A stretch of 64,000 nt of DNA from an uncultured virus (IMG/VR IMGVR_UViG_2788500220_000008) (IMGVR_UViG_2788500220_000008:1-64000), one strand, 5' to 3'. Numbered from the stretch's first letter, positions 20,501 to 29,830 are shown. Translations and numbers: made by a program. Notes: generated by a model not told the origin, from the letters alone.

Positions 20501-21796
20501 GATGAGATCATAAACACAGGCACTACAAGCGCAGGAACTGCCGATTTTACGATAGGTCAATACACCGGCAGAGGCAATGCTCACATAGTTAGACTAGAAA
20601 ATATTTCCAAGGACTCTAATGGAAAATGCGTTAGAAATAAACATGGAGCTTCTGTGTCGGGCGAAACCAAGATAGGCGGCTGGAAATGGACATTTGATAC
20701 TCCCAAAACCCGAGCGACCTTTCATGGCGGGCGAATTTGGCCTACCTCCAAAGGCCATCATGCTAGGTTTGGAGGGTCGCCTAGCTGGGGCAGAATTGGT
20801 GACGTAGCCTTACGACCAAGTGAAACGGGCGACCCGGCTAGCGAAAAGTTTCAGCATAGATATATATATAGTAGATTAATTCATGACCTTTGGTATTCTA
20901 CCGCTGGCGAACTAGTTAGGCTGCCCGGCGGGGCTCCCTATGAAGCTTCGTTTGACGGGCCATGGAAGTGGGCGAAAGGCCCCGGGCTTTCAGGGGGAGG
21001 AGGCTCATTTCCATACCCCATAAGCGAAAATGCCATATTTACAGGTGGGCCTGTTGGAGCTTATAGTCCCGATAACCTTTCTATGTTTAAAAATACTTCA
21101 ACTGGGTATTTAATTTGCCAGTCCGGAGATACCAATATAGTTGAGCACAGCTTTGCGGGTGGAATCTACTACCCCTCCAGCCTAGGGTCAACTTGCAAGG
21201 CGTCTTGGATTACCGACACAGTGGGCCCCACCAATCGCTACGAGGACAAGAAAGGGTGGCTCTTTCTTAATGGATGTCACTTGTACGCCTCCAAAAAAGG
21301 AGCCGCAGGATGGAGCCGGGCGGAAGCAAAGGCCGCAGGCGGCGGCAGCGATTGGTATACTGCCGATAACTGGTGGCAAGGAGATATTCAAGACGCCTTA
21401 GTGAATCCTCCAAGCGGCCTCGAAGCCGGATCCTTGGACTCTGCTTCGATTAAGCTCCAAGAGGGCACTATATATCAAATTGGGCTGGAAATTTGGCCAA
21501 TAGGTGGTCGAGAAGGCGATCCAAGAAACAGCATCAAAAGAAAAACATTTACACTTCCCGCTGGAGTGCCTACAAATACTAGCGCTGAGAACTATTGGCC
21601 CAGCAATTCCCTTATTCACTTAGACCTACTAATGAGGGACTGGAAATACCAGCCGGATTGGGCTTCGTCTCAAATTGGGTGGATGAAAGGGTGCTGGATT
21701 AGTGCGAATGAATATGCTAAATGGTCGCCGCCGCACGCAATGAGTACAGGCTTTTGGTTTAATGGGACTGAGCAAAGTTGGGGGAGTCCAGTTTGA
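17534..21796 (+). CDS. PKD (Ig-like) repeat virion protein
   Basis: Five clear PKD repeats (APLTVxF.N.TTG..W.FGDG..H.(F/Y)..PGTY.V.LTATG) in the first ~410 aa, then a Trp/Gly-rich region with degenerate PKD strands. The start may be ATG 17540, which overlaps the upstream TAA. Confidence 0.8.
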   Translation: MLMSSHSGTAPLTIQFQNETTGQTTGFLWDFDDGKTSTAFNPVHVFDRPGTYNVTLTATGDGGNNVTMHTIVVETPAPHAFFSASLESGDAPLTVGFTNESTGGFASGWLWSFGDGQTSNSEHVTHTFSNPGTYNVTLTATGTDVPPSVYTKTIEVLVPAPIAKWEPDTWYGQIPLTVNFQNLTTGQGPISYLWEFGEGEGTSTEAEPTHTYNTYGTYSVVLTATGADGRSTQYMQLIGANLTPTTAFSVSPIQGDAPLTVDITNKTTGQVTSWNWQFGQDGDLGSSSLEDPGQFTFNDPGIYPIVLTAVGNAGTSVVSRDITVFGDDPVASFTVPANIRVGESVTIINNSTNAVSYDWSWGNGLSSSVSYDGATSSPAYTATGDFTITLTATSTSGAQNTASHTFTVSEASSSPKALFDLKFTDSGDIGPPHDSGQNITSSHGLETIVNTNELADGSPSKVLHNIDNATNKIPNRSRIKIYNRSIPGSTADPLTEYQLQYDLGDAVLTEVVDCDYSGSGSMNVARINGVTGNWGGTPMDLTVLDGVPIPQCHDADGHAGALVYFPQFSIKTGNSAVVKIKLTVKDSNGNTDSIEKAFRIWDLAAKTSASDTPKAASADIEAWRATYLGPYHEESNPIDKVTEDKDGGKIWNTGTPFDFYVPNFGSGDTLCDAFEVMVWRMKKPPSWLTDILKDRTYDPLLHFGTRWHFYPGLGIDYSKAHHTLVWKNGCAGWGQTNNMQFNYNLDRLGGANDSPYNPVGKSWTVTRTNPDYNKLRLTYVKKVGSNLETLGVEYSGNTAKDGNFTGDDLSEIQVANKGARYMLDSATNARSTMAGTPSHSWYGYRIGFFDEMWTDNSVKDATESNEIVICERPDDLREYNALVAAINDNDPSAVIATRKGLGMIDGFGWIVWLYDGKGVPYIGDSPDLGRNATSSDVTLWEANHNGKYVVSHTDYAIKKCGKKESAVKIISAGSASGATGANWDNIGATDEIINTGTTSAGTADFTIGQYTGRGNAHIVRLENISKDSNGKCVRNKHGASVSGETKIGGWKWTFDTPKTRATFHGGRIWPTSKGHHARFGGSPSWGRIGDVALRPSETGDPASEKFQHRYIYSRLIHDLWYSTAGELVRLPGGAPYEASFDGPWKWAKGPGLSGGGGSFPYPISENAIFTGGPVGAYSPDNLSMFKNTSTGYLICQSGDTNIVEHSFAGGIYYPSSLGSTCKASWITDTVGPTNRYEDKKGWLFLNGCHLYASKKGAAGWSRAEAKAAGGGSDWYTADNWWQGDIQDALVNPPSGLEAGSLDSASIKLQEGTIYQIGLEIWPIGGREGDPRNSIKRKTFTLPAGVPTNTSAENYWPSNSLIHLDLLMRDWKYQPDWASSQIGWMKGCWISANEYAKWSPPHAMSTGFWFNGTEQSWGSPV

Positions 21797-23898
21797 ATTA
21801 CATTAACTACAGCAAGTGTCTAGTGACACTTAACAATAGACGAATCTTCGCCCATAAAGCAGGAATAACTGTTAATAACAATGTCGAGGGAGTGCGAAAT
21901 ATAGACTCTACCCCTTATCGACAAATAATAAGAGACCCAATCAAAGGAGCTCTTGATATTGATTTTTATATTACAGACGAATTTGAAGATCTTAATCCTT
22001 TGAGGATAGCAAATTGCACCACTGAGAATAACATCGTGCGCAATCATAATTTTAGCGCCAAGCATCCAGTAAAAGAGATAAACGAGTATGAGAGGAGCGC
22101 AGTCTACCCCCGTGGGAACTTTGGAGAATTTTATCCCAACAATCAGATGCTCCACGGATGGCACCTCAGAACGAGCCATTCTCAAGTAACAGTACGAGTG
22201 GGTCTTCCCGAATTCAAAGAGGGCGGGGCAAACTATAAGGGGCTTGGAATCAACAATTCCTCAGCCTTAATAATCGACAGTAACGGTGTGCATGGGGGCG
22301 CTGCAGAGATAACCCAAAAATCCATATTTAATAGCTCTTTAGATGCAAAATATATGGTGGAAGTCACCGCCAAAACAAAGGATCCTAAACTTCAAACTAA
22401 AATGAGGGTTGCTGGGTCTATGGAGGTTGGAATCCTTTCGGATCAATACCAAACATATTTATTTGAAGTTGACGCTAGCTCTGGAGAGGACCTGCGAATC
22501 CAATTCAAGGAAGACGATTTTTTACATCAAACAGTTTATCTAGGTTCGGTTAAGGCGTACCTAAAGAAGGGAGAAAACTTTCATGACGGATTTTCTGGCT
22601 CGATAGGCCCACTGACCTTTGCCGATGCGTATATGACTGGGTTTAGCTTTAACGCCAGACCCTTTTCCCCCATCATGGCATCTGCAAAGTTCGATGTATA
22701 CGGTCACGTTTCAGGACAGCCAGAGAGGGATGGCTTTTGCAAGGGAGACGTAAATTTTCACAATAACGGAATTCTTGGAATGGAAGACAATCCAGATATT
22801 TACGAGAGCCCAATACCCCATGGAGGTCAAAGTAATTTTTTCTCTATAACTGATATAGGAATAACTGAAGCCTTGGAATTTTCCTATTCCCTATCTATTC
22901 AGAGGCGAGCCAATCATGAAATAGGAGATCTTTATCCGAAAACGGTTACCAGAGGGACGTCGAATGTAAAAATGACACTCAAAGGAGAGGGGTTAAGTGA
23001 CGCCTTGTCATTTAAGGGTAATAACGCCAGTATTGCCATTAGCCTCTTTAATATCTCTGGCAATAAAATCCAAAAAACCGCAGAAGGTGCCTTGCTGGAC
23101 TTTGATGCTTCAAGGGACAGCGGAAAGGTGCGGCGACCTGAGGACTGTGTTGTCGGCAGCTGCTCTGTACTTTCGGACATAGATGATTTTCAATCTTATG
23201 TAATAAACGATGGGGTTAGTTTTAAAGATAAATCCTGCCATTTCTTTGGGGATGATTCCCTTCAGGTCGTTGATGTTGCTGGGAAATCGTGGAGTTTTGG
23301 GAAACTCACTGGAGACATGACCCTTGAATGTCTGTTTAAGATATCTGCAAGTCATAATTCCACGGTAAGCGGGGACGCCGGATATATCAGACTAATAGGT
23401 AGAGGGGATATTAATCAACGCACTTATGGATTGTGGTATAGTGTCAAGGACCAAGCATTCCTTTTTCAGCAATACGGGCCCGCAGGAAAGATTAACGTTA
23501 GATCCAATAGGCATGAGTTTGATCAGTCAACCGCAGGAATAGTTGACCCTGACCACATAAAAACTGACACATGGTATTACCTCACGGCGACTCGCAATGC
23601 AGGCCAAAACAATCTATTTCTTAATGGAAAGCTTATCGGATCTGAGCCTAACGACGGCTTAGTTCCATATAATAACTACAGCCCATTAAATAATCTAACA
23701 ATAGGTTATGCAGGCTTCTATGAGCATCATGTAGGTGAAATATCTTCGTGCAGAATCTATAATAGAGCCCTCTCTAATAAAGAGGTCAGCCAAAACTTTA
23801 CAAACTTTAGTTGTTCGGGTAAAATAATAAGTCAAGATATATCGGTGGGAGTTAATGATGTTCTGCAAGGTTCAATCACAATTGAAGAGGAATTATAA
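21793..23898 (+). CDS. Second tail-tube-like protein with inserted CBM-like and LamG (concanavalin A-like) domains
   Basis: Shares motifs with 15012-17540 (ADAYMTGFSF..FDVYG; EFSYSLSIQRR..IGDLYP). LamG signature at ~23083-23800 (LLDFDAS..MTLECLFK..WYYLTATR..LFLNGKL..GEISSCRIYNRALS.KEVSQNF). TTG at 21793 overlaps the upstream TGA and has GGGGAG upstream; the ORF track start is 21778. Confidence 0.65.
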   Translation: MNYINYSKCLVTLNNRRIFAHKAGITVNNNVEGVRNIDSTPYRQIIRDPIKGALDIDFYITDEFEDLNPLRIANCTTENNIVRNHNFSAKHPVKEINEYERSAVYPRGNFGEFYPNNQMLHGWHLRTSHSQVTVRVGLPEFKEGGANYKGLGINNSSALIIDSNGVHGGAAEITQKSIFNSSLDAKYMVEVTAKTKDPKLQTKMRVAGSMEVGILSDQYQTYLFEVDASSGEDLRIQFKEDDFLHQTVYLGSVKAYLKKGENFHDGFSGSIGPLTFADAYMTGFSFNARPFSPIMASAKFDVYGHVSGQPERDGFCKGDVNFHNNGILGMEDNPDIYESPIPHGGQSNFFSITDIGITEALEFSYSLSIQRRANHEIGDLYPKTVTRGTSNVKMTLKGEGLSDALSFKGNNASIAISLFNISGNKIQKTAEGALLDFDASRDSGKVRRPEDCVVGSCSVLSDIDDFQSYVINDGVSFKDKSCHFFGDDSLQVVDVAGKSWSFGKLTGDMTLECLFKISASHNSTVSGDAGYIRLIGRGDINQRTYGLWYSVKDQAFLFQQYGPAGKINVRSNRHEFDQSTAGIVDPDHIKTDTWYYLTATRNAGQNNLFLNGKLIGSEPNDGLVPYNNYSPLNNLTIGYAGFYEHHVGEISSCRIYNRALSNKEVSQNFTNFSCSGKIISQDISVGVNDVLQGSITIEEEL

Positions 23899-24932
23899 TG
23901 GGGTATAGCACTACAGATTCTAATATAAATATCTCTACTCCAGACTGGGTGCTTGGACAGGAATATAAAAAATATGATATTATTAATGGATCTAATACAT
24001 CCGTGTTTGACTATCAAGGAATTCATACTAACTTTTTTATCCCTGCAGGCGCACATTTTGTAGTCAAGAAACACTATGCAGAAATTTATCAACCATCCAA
24101 CAGCAATGAGCTTGTGGGCTATAGCAAGCCATTCCTTTTAAGAGATCTTTCGTGTGGGTACGCACTCCACTATAAAACATCTTCCAATGCCCCGCAACGA
24201 GATGGCAGGGCCATGATTGATAATAACGGAGTATCAAACTTACCAAATGTCGAATCCGCAGAGTCGATAGAAGTCGAACTAGAACTCCTGAGTTCTGACA
24301 TGACTCCTATCCCTCCCAACATAGAGAAAAAAATAATTACCCCAATAAACGAATATGCTAAAATCTGGCATGAATCCGGGAGGCGGGGCAGTCCCTCTGT
24401 GGAAGGTTCGGAAGTTAATATCTCTCAAGTTTTTGATGCAGATTATTTCGATCCCAACTCTCGGCAATACGGAGGGACATATCACGATGGAGGAATAACA
24501 TATGCAAGGATTAAAATAACTAAAACCGCCGGAGAGGGATACGCGACCTACCGATTTAGAGATTTTGAATTATACCAGCTTGATGAGCATTCGCAAAATC
24601 TTTACTTCTATGCAACAAGCGACCACTTATCTACTGCGGAAAACTCTCCATTTTTTCACTTGGGAGGGCTGTCTATAGACTCCGCGACCTTGGCGGATCT
24701 TCAGCCCGACAGCATAGAAGGTGGAGAAAAAATATCCTCTCTTACCCCAACTAACTGGAACGTGGTTGGCGAAGTTGCATTCAAAAATCTTTTTGATGGG
24801 AGAAAGGTCTGCTTAATGAATGCGTCTAGCGGTATGGACGCAGGAATATCCACAACAATGACTGGGCTTGAAATCGGCTCAACATATAGGGTAGACCTCT
24901 CTCTAAATCCAGTCAGAGAAACCAAGTTTTAG
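23898..24932 (+). CDS. N-terminal part of a gpM-like distal tail protein, ended by an in-frame TAG
   Basis: Same frame as 25086-27044, and the sequence after TAG 24930-24932 stays open and coding-like. Holds the first half of a motif (DW...EYKKYDII..YFYATSDH.S...NSP) whose remainder (WT..F.P.PSY) lies in the downstream ORF. Confidence 0.65.
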   Translation: MGYSTTDSNINISTPDWVLGQEYKKYDIINGSNTSVFDYQGIHTNFFIPAGAHFVVKKHYAEIYQPSNSNELVGYSKPFLLRDLSCGYALHYKTSSNAPQRDGRAMIDNNGVSNLPNVESAESIEVELELLSSDMTPIPPNIEKKIITPINEYAKIWHESGRRGSPSVEGSEVNISQVFDADYFDPNSRQYGGTYHDGGITYARIKITKTAGEGYATYRFRDFELYQLDEHSQNLYFYATSDHLSTAENSPFFHLGGLSIDSATLADLQPDSIEGGEKISSLTPTNWNVVGEVAFKNLFDGRKVCLMNASSGMDAGISTTMTGLEIGSTYRVDLSLNPVRETKF

Positions 24933-25085
24933 TATTGCAATTTTAGTTCGGGAGAACCTAATGCGACTGCTGGTGGACAAGACTATGCAGTTGTACAAAA
25001 GAGTTCCACTACTGTCTCGGGGACTTGGGATGACGTAACAAACCTTCTGCCTGCGCCAAGTGAATCCCTAAAAACGGGATACATA

Positions 25086-27044
25086 GTGCAGCACGGTGGA
25101 CCATACTCGACCAACTATGAGGCAGTAATTTTTGAGGATACTGAAACAGACTTTTCTTGGACAAACGCAAGAACCTTAGCTCGACGAAATGGTTATTCTT
25201 CAGACTTGGCGGTGGTTTTGGTTCCGGAGCAACAAGTCGCATTTACCAACCTAATCAATAAGCTTAATGCTTATTCTTCGTACGCCTTTTATATTGGCCT
25301 AACAGATCAAAGAACGGATTTTATTAAAGGATTCTCCCCCGACTCTGTAAAAATAAAAAGCACTGCTGGAGAATGGCTCTGGATCGAAGGCACTCCACTT
25401 CACGTAGTCAATAACACTCCTCAGTCCCTCCAGAGAGACGCAACCTCATACTCTAACTCTCCATATGGCGCTACTATACAAATACTTGGAGATAATACAG
25501 ACGAATCAGATTTGAACTCATATATTGTCCATCACAAGGGCTTGCACCCCGGAGATTACGCTTTTGAATTTATGGCTGAAAGCGAAAATCATGAGATAAA
25601 AATTCATGCAGTCCAACCTCCCCTAACAATGGGAATTTTTGAAGCAGCCAATAGGGGGAAGCTTGGCCTTTCCGACTCACTTGGCTATGGAGATACTATC
25701 AGTGTTGAAAATTGCATAAGGTTGAACAGGATTTCGGTCTCCAAGGAGCTTTCTCTTTGGACTAGACACTTTACGCCCAACCCTTCCTACAGATCTTCCG
25801 TACAGCTTTCGGGAAATAATACTGAAATGGAATTCGGAGACGGGTATACCGAAATCCGCCCAAAAAATCTGAACTCAGTAAAGGTTGAAGCAGAGCTTAA
25901 TTTCGATAATAGAAAAGACTCGGAGATGAGAGCTATCATTCACTTTATGGAAAACACCCAAGGGTTTAAGAAACTAAAGTATAGACTTCCATCTCCATTT
26001 AACAAGCTACAAAGCTTTACTTGTGAGGGCTTCTCCCACACATACAACGATTATGACGACAACTCTCTTAGGGTAAAACTCCTCAAGGAGGATGCCTTCA
26101 TACTGAATCGGTTTAACGACTTTTTAATGCCTCATCCGGGAGATTGGAACGCCACAACTCCATACTTTGAGGGGGATATATGCGTTCACCAAAGTATGTC
26201 TTCTATTGGCGAAGTAGACTCTCCTACATCTAGGGCATTTTACTATGCAATGTCCTCCAGCCAAAACAGGGAGCCTAGGATGTCCGCTCGATACTGGACT
26301 AAAGATCATTTTTTCTGGGCCCCCTCTTTAGGGAACTCTATTAGCAGAGAGTCGAGACACAAGGAAAGCTCAATGGAAAACGATTTTGTCGCTAGAAATA
26401 GCGATGGAACTTTCCCGAATTTAATGACGCTGGACCTAGCCTTTGAAGGTCGAAGTGACTTCGAAGCAAGGGCCATTATGCATTTCTTAACAAATAAAAT
26501 GGGGCATCTCCCTTTTCTTTTTAACCTCCCTGATCCTTATAGCAATCTAAAAACAGAACCCTTACGCGATAATTCCGGGCTTATGCCTGTAGTTTCAGGG
26601 TTGAACTTCAAGGAAGGTGTAATGTTAAAAGGAGCCCCCTCCTCCATTACCTTAAAATGGCCTTTACAAACCCCCTCGGGAAGCGCTAACCCCGGCCACG
26701 AAATTTTACTTAAGAATCAAATAATTACCGTCTCAGGGCTACCTTCTAATAAAAATCGTCTTTACATCAATAAAGCCACTGTTGTGAACGGCACAAAAAC
26801 GCTTGAAGTATACAACCCATTTTACTCAGTTGAGGACATAACAGGAAGGGAGTTGACAATCCACGTCCAGCAAAAGGCCTTTTACTGCGACAGATGGTCT
26901 ATGGAATACGTTTCTTACGACAACAACACAATCAATGCGACGTTCAAGGAAATTGCCATTGCCACTGATCTCGTTTCTGAATTTATTGATGTAGAAATTG
27001 GAGATGATGAAAGTAATCAATATATAGATCTTTCTTCTTATTAA
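25086..27044 (+). CDS. Lambda gpM-like minor (distal) tail protein, two tandem gpM domains plus C-type lectin; probably continuous with 23898-24932
   Basis: Two gpM-like units (PSY..MEFGDGYTEIRPKNLN..LNFDNR..E.RAIIHFME..G..F.C; PSL..LDLAFEGRSDFEARAIMHFL..G..FYCDRWS..NTINATFKE). Position before gpL/K/I/J. The frame is open back to 24933. Confidence 0.75.
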   Translation: MQHGGPYSTNYEAVIFEDTETDFSWTNARTLARRNGYSSDLAVVLVPEQQVAFTNLINKLNAYSSYAFYIGLTDQRTDFIKGFSPDSVKIKSTAGEWLWIEGTPLHVVNNTPQSLQRDATSYSNSPYGATIQILGDNTDESDLNSYIVHHKGLHPGDYAFEFMAESENHEIKIHAVQPPLTMGIFEAANRGKLGLSDSLGYGDTISVENCIRLNRISVSKELSLWTRHFTPNPSYRSSVQLSGNNTEMEFGDGYTEIRPKNLNSVKVEAELNFDNRKDSEMRAIIHFMENTQGFKKLKYRLPSPFNKLQSFTCEGFSHTYNDYDDNSLRVKLLKEDAFILNRFNDFLMPHPGDWNATTPYFEGDICVHQSMSSIGEVDSPTSRAFYYAMSSSQNREPRMSARYWTKDHFFWAPSLGNSISRESRHKESSMENDFVARNSDGTFPNLMTLDLAFEGRSDFEARAIMHFLTNKMGHLPFLFNLPDPYSNLKTEPLRDNSGLMPVVSGLNFKEGVMLKGAPSSITLKWPLQTPSGSANPGHEILLKNQIITVSGLPSNKNRLYINKATVVNGTKTLEVYNPFYSVEDITGRELTIHVQQKAFYCDRWSMEYVSYDNNTINATFKEIAIATDLVSEFIDVEIGDDESNQYIDLSSY

Positions 27045-27057
27045 TTTAGTATAATGT

Positions 27058-29829
27058 ATGGCAACAGTAAGGAAATCAAAAGGTTATGTCGAGGAGGTTG
27101 ATTTTGGGGAAAAAGTCTCGGGGTATAGCTCTTCTGGGGCAATTCCCTTTAATAACGCCTCCAACATCCCGCTTAAAATCCGTGCCTCTATTAATGACTC
27201 TGGGCATGGAGCCTTTCTTGTAGACGGCAAGCGAGCTTTTGAGACCTTCGTCCCCGCAAGAACAAGGTACGAATTACCGATTTCCTTTGCTCCTCCCACG
27301 GTAGGAGCCTTTAATGCCACGCTGACCATTGTCTTCAACAACGGATCTACAGCCATAAACGGCGAAAGGTTTCACAATATATCTCTTAGCGGGTCGGGCC
27401 AGAACGCTCGGCCACAAAAGGCAAGATTTACCTTAACCGCAGATGATCATCCATACGACTCTAGGAATATAATAATTGATATAGATCAATTTGGTGACGC
27501 TGATTATTACGAGATATACTATTCGTCATCGACTTCTGGCAAACTCAAAGCTGAGGGCTACAATGGCACAGGGAGCAGGTTTACCATGAGGGAACTTGAC
27601 TTTGATACTGAATACGGCTTTACGATAAGGGCTTACAACAAGCATGGATATACAGATTCGGACACCCAATACAAAAGAACCGAGATACATACACTCTCAA
27701 TAGATATTGGAGGGCTGATCCCAAACCTAAATGTTTCGGACAAAGTTCTCGGGCAAGGCTATAGGATTCATTACTATGAAGATATAGAGCTCAGCATCTT
27801 AACTTCTTCAATTATTTATTGCGACAAATGCAACACCCCCGACGAGAGAGCTTTCAATGAGGGCTTGCCTTATCCATACGACACTTCTTATGAGCCGTCT
27901 ATGCCCGACAAACCAGCCTTTTCTCAAGCAAAGCCAGCTCTAGACACTGGCCCAAAGGTTATGGATGAATCTCGCCACCTTCCATTAACATTACAAATAC
28001 ACGGACAAGTTTTGGGTTCTGGCGGCGTTGGTGGAAATGGTGGTGGGGTCAATATGCTAGATACTAGGTATATAGCTCCCCCTAATCTAAACTCTTCCCC
28101 AGATATCACAACATCATTTGACGCCACGGGCAATAAGCCGGGCCTGCCCGGCCCTCAATTCCTTGAGGGTGGAGATGCGATACACATACAATATGATTGC
28201 ACTTTAAATATTCACCCTACCGCTAAGGTGATGGGCGGCGGTGGTGGTGGTTATGGAGGCGGAATATCTCGGCATTCAGGTTATGGCGTAGATTCGTTTG
28301 GCAGGGCGGGCTACGCCGACGCGAATATGGCCACCACCGGGCAGGAAGTGATGGGGGGCAGCTTTCATGGACATAATACTCCCACTCACTATCATGGCAG
28401 AGTGGGAGACGATTCAAACCCCGAGCTACTCAAATGGCTTGAAGATCATGCGAGAACTGGCACTTTGGACAATATTTGGGGATCAATAGACCATGGAGCT
28501 GCTAGAGTGCCCGATGACGACACCCAAAGCCCCCACGACCATATAGATTTCTTTCATCATTCCGCGACTGCTTGGCCTGCCGCTACTTGGAAGGGTGGGA
28601 GCGCAAAAGATTCCATCGATCCAGACACAGGTTCGCAAGCAGGAACATCACATAGCTCTAACCCCATGGAGAAAAGCAACTTCCTAGGCGGTGGCGGCGG
28701 AGCTGGAGGACAAGGTTTTGCGGCAGGAGCAGGGGGCAAAGCGGGCAACACCTCCTTATCTAATATACGCTCTCACCAGACAGGCAGAGAAGGCCTCGGT
28801 TCGTATAGTGTAGCCTACGGGCATCAGGGGCAAATAACGGAAGGCGCCTTTCCTCTTCAAAGAGGAGACGGAGGAAGTAAGGATGCCCCCGGAGGTCCAA
28901 GCGGGCATTTTCGTAGCCCTCTTTATCGAATTCAAAGCCAAGGAATGAACGCTCATTCTTTATCGAGCAGTGGAATTGATCTATCACAATCCGGCGATAG
29001 ACAGCTATATGCAGAGGGCTTATGGGGTTTCTGGATAAACGTCAATGCTCGACGCGACGGCCGAGGGCGAAGAAGGGTCAGAGCAAGAGCTTACATGAGG
29101 TCAGGAAGAGCTATTATGGACATCAGAGGCGGAGCGGGTGGCTCATACGGCAAATACGGGGAAGAGCGCCCTGCAAATTCCAATTTTGGAGGCGGAGACA
29201 TGATCAATCTCCCCGCCGACAGCCCATCAAGGGATGTCAGAAACCTAGGAATGGACAATTTTTTCAGAAACTATAAAAAAACAGACATCTCTCCTCTCGC
29301 TGTCGGGCGGAATAATCCCAGTGGAATTTCCAGAGCTGACGCATGGAATATTTTTCAATTCGAATATATCGGAGGTGATGAAATATCTATGCGTTACAAC
29401 GGAAAACCCTTGCTGTTAGATATAAACAATACATTTCGACAAAGCTTTAGCGTTGATTATGATGCAGCAATATTCATGGATCGAGATCAGGTTAATGAAG
29501 GATATTGGTATGATCCGAGCGTTGTCTCTAATCCCACCTCAATTTCTTACTCCGGAGGGCTGAGAGTTCAATTCCCCCCTAATACATTCAGGGGTTACAA
29601 TAGCGGTGATTTAGGCACGATAGGCACTATCAAGCCTCATGGCTGGCCGGGGAAAGCTATTGTGCTAAATGGCTTTAATGTGTCTTCAAATGATGGAATT
29701 CCTTGGGCTATTGGGACCTGCCACAACAACAACATCTGTGGCCTTGTAACTCCGGGCAAAATACCAAGATTGAATAAGCGCGTTGTGGGCAGTACTATAT
29801 ATAACAGAGAATACAGAACTTTTTTCTAA
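27058..29829 (+). CDS. Tail-associated fibre/receptor-binding-like protein (Ig-like + FN3 + glycine-rich)
   Basis: Ig-like N-terminus (ISFAPPTVGAFNATLTI..ISLSGSG), FN3 (ELDFDTEYGFTIRAYNKHG), and repeated GGxGGxGG / GGDAI / GGGGGAGG glycine-rich blocks typical of phage fibre proteins. Confidence 0.6.
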   Translation: MATVRKSKGYVEEVDFGEKVSGYSSSGAIPFNNASNIPLKIRASINDSGHGAFLVDGKRAFETFVPARTRYELPISFAPPTVGAFNATLTIVFNNGSTAINGERFHNISLSGSGQNARPQKARFTLTADDHPYDSRNIIIDIDQFGDADYYEIYYSSSTSGKLKAEGYNGTGSRFTMRELDFDTEYGFTIRAYNKHGYTDSDTQYKRTEIHTLSIDIGGLIPNLNVSDKVLGQGYRIHYYEDIELSILTSSIIYCDKCNTPDERAFNEGLPYPYDTSYEPSMPDKPAFSQAKPALDTGPKVMDESRHLPLTLQIHGQVLGSGGVGGNGGGVNMLDTRYIAPPNLNSSPDITTSFDATGNKPGLPGPQFLEGGDAIHIQYDCTLNIHPTAKVMGGGGGGYGGGISRHSGYGVDSFGRAGYADANMATTGQEVMGGSFHGHNTPTHYHGRVGDDSNPELLKWLEDHARTGTLDNIWGSIDHGAARVPDDDTQSPHDHIDFFHHSATAWPAATWKGGSAKDSIDPDTGSQAGTSHSSNPMEKSNFLGGGGGAGGQGFAAGAGGKAGNTSLSNIRSHQTGREGLGSYSVAYGHQGQITEGAFPLQRGDGGSKDAPGGPSGHFRSPLYRIQSQGMNAHSLSSSGIDLSQSGDRQLYAEGLWGFWINVNARRDGRGRRRVRARAYMRSGRAIMDIRGGAGGSYGKYGEERPANSNFGGGDMINLPADSPSRDVRNLGMDNFFRNYKKTDISPLAVGRNNPSGISRADAWNIFQFEYIGGDEISMRYNGKPLLLDINNTFRQSFSVDYDAAIFMDRDQVNEGYWYDPSVVSNPTSISYSGGLRVQFPPNTFRGYNSGDLGTIGTIKPHGWPGKAIVLNGFNVSSNDGIPWAIGTCHNNNICGLVTPGKIPRLNKRVVGSTIYNREYRTFF

Positions 29830-29830
29830 A

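Noticed and set aside
24933..25400. Diversity-generating retroelement target (C-type lectin fold)
   Set aside because: No reverse transcriptase and no template/variable repeat pair with adenine-specific mismatches seen in the window; the domain is a classical EPN-type lectin inside the protein rather than a C-terminal DGR target.
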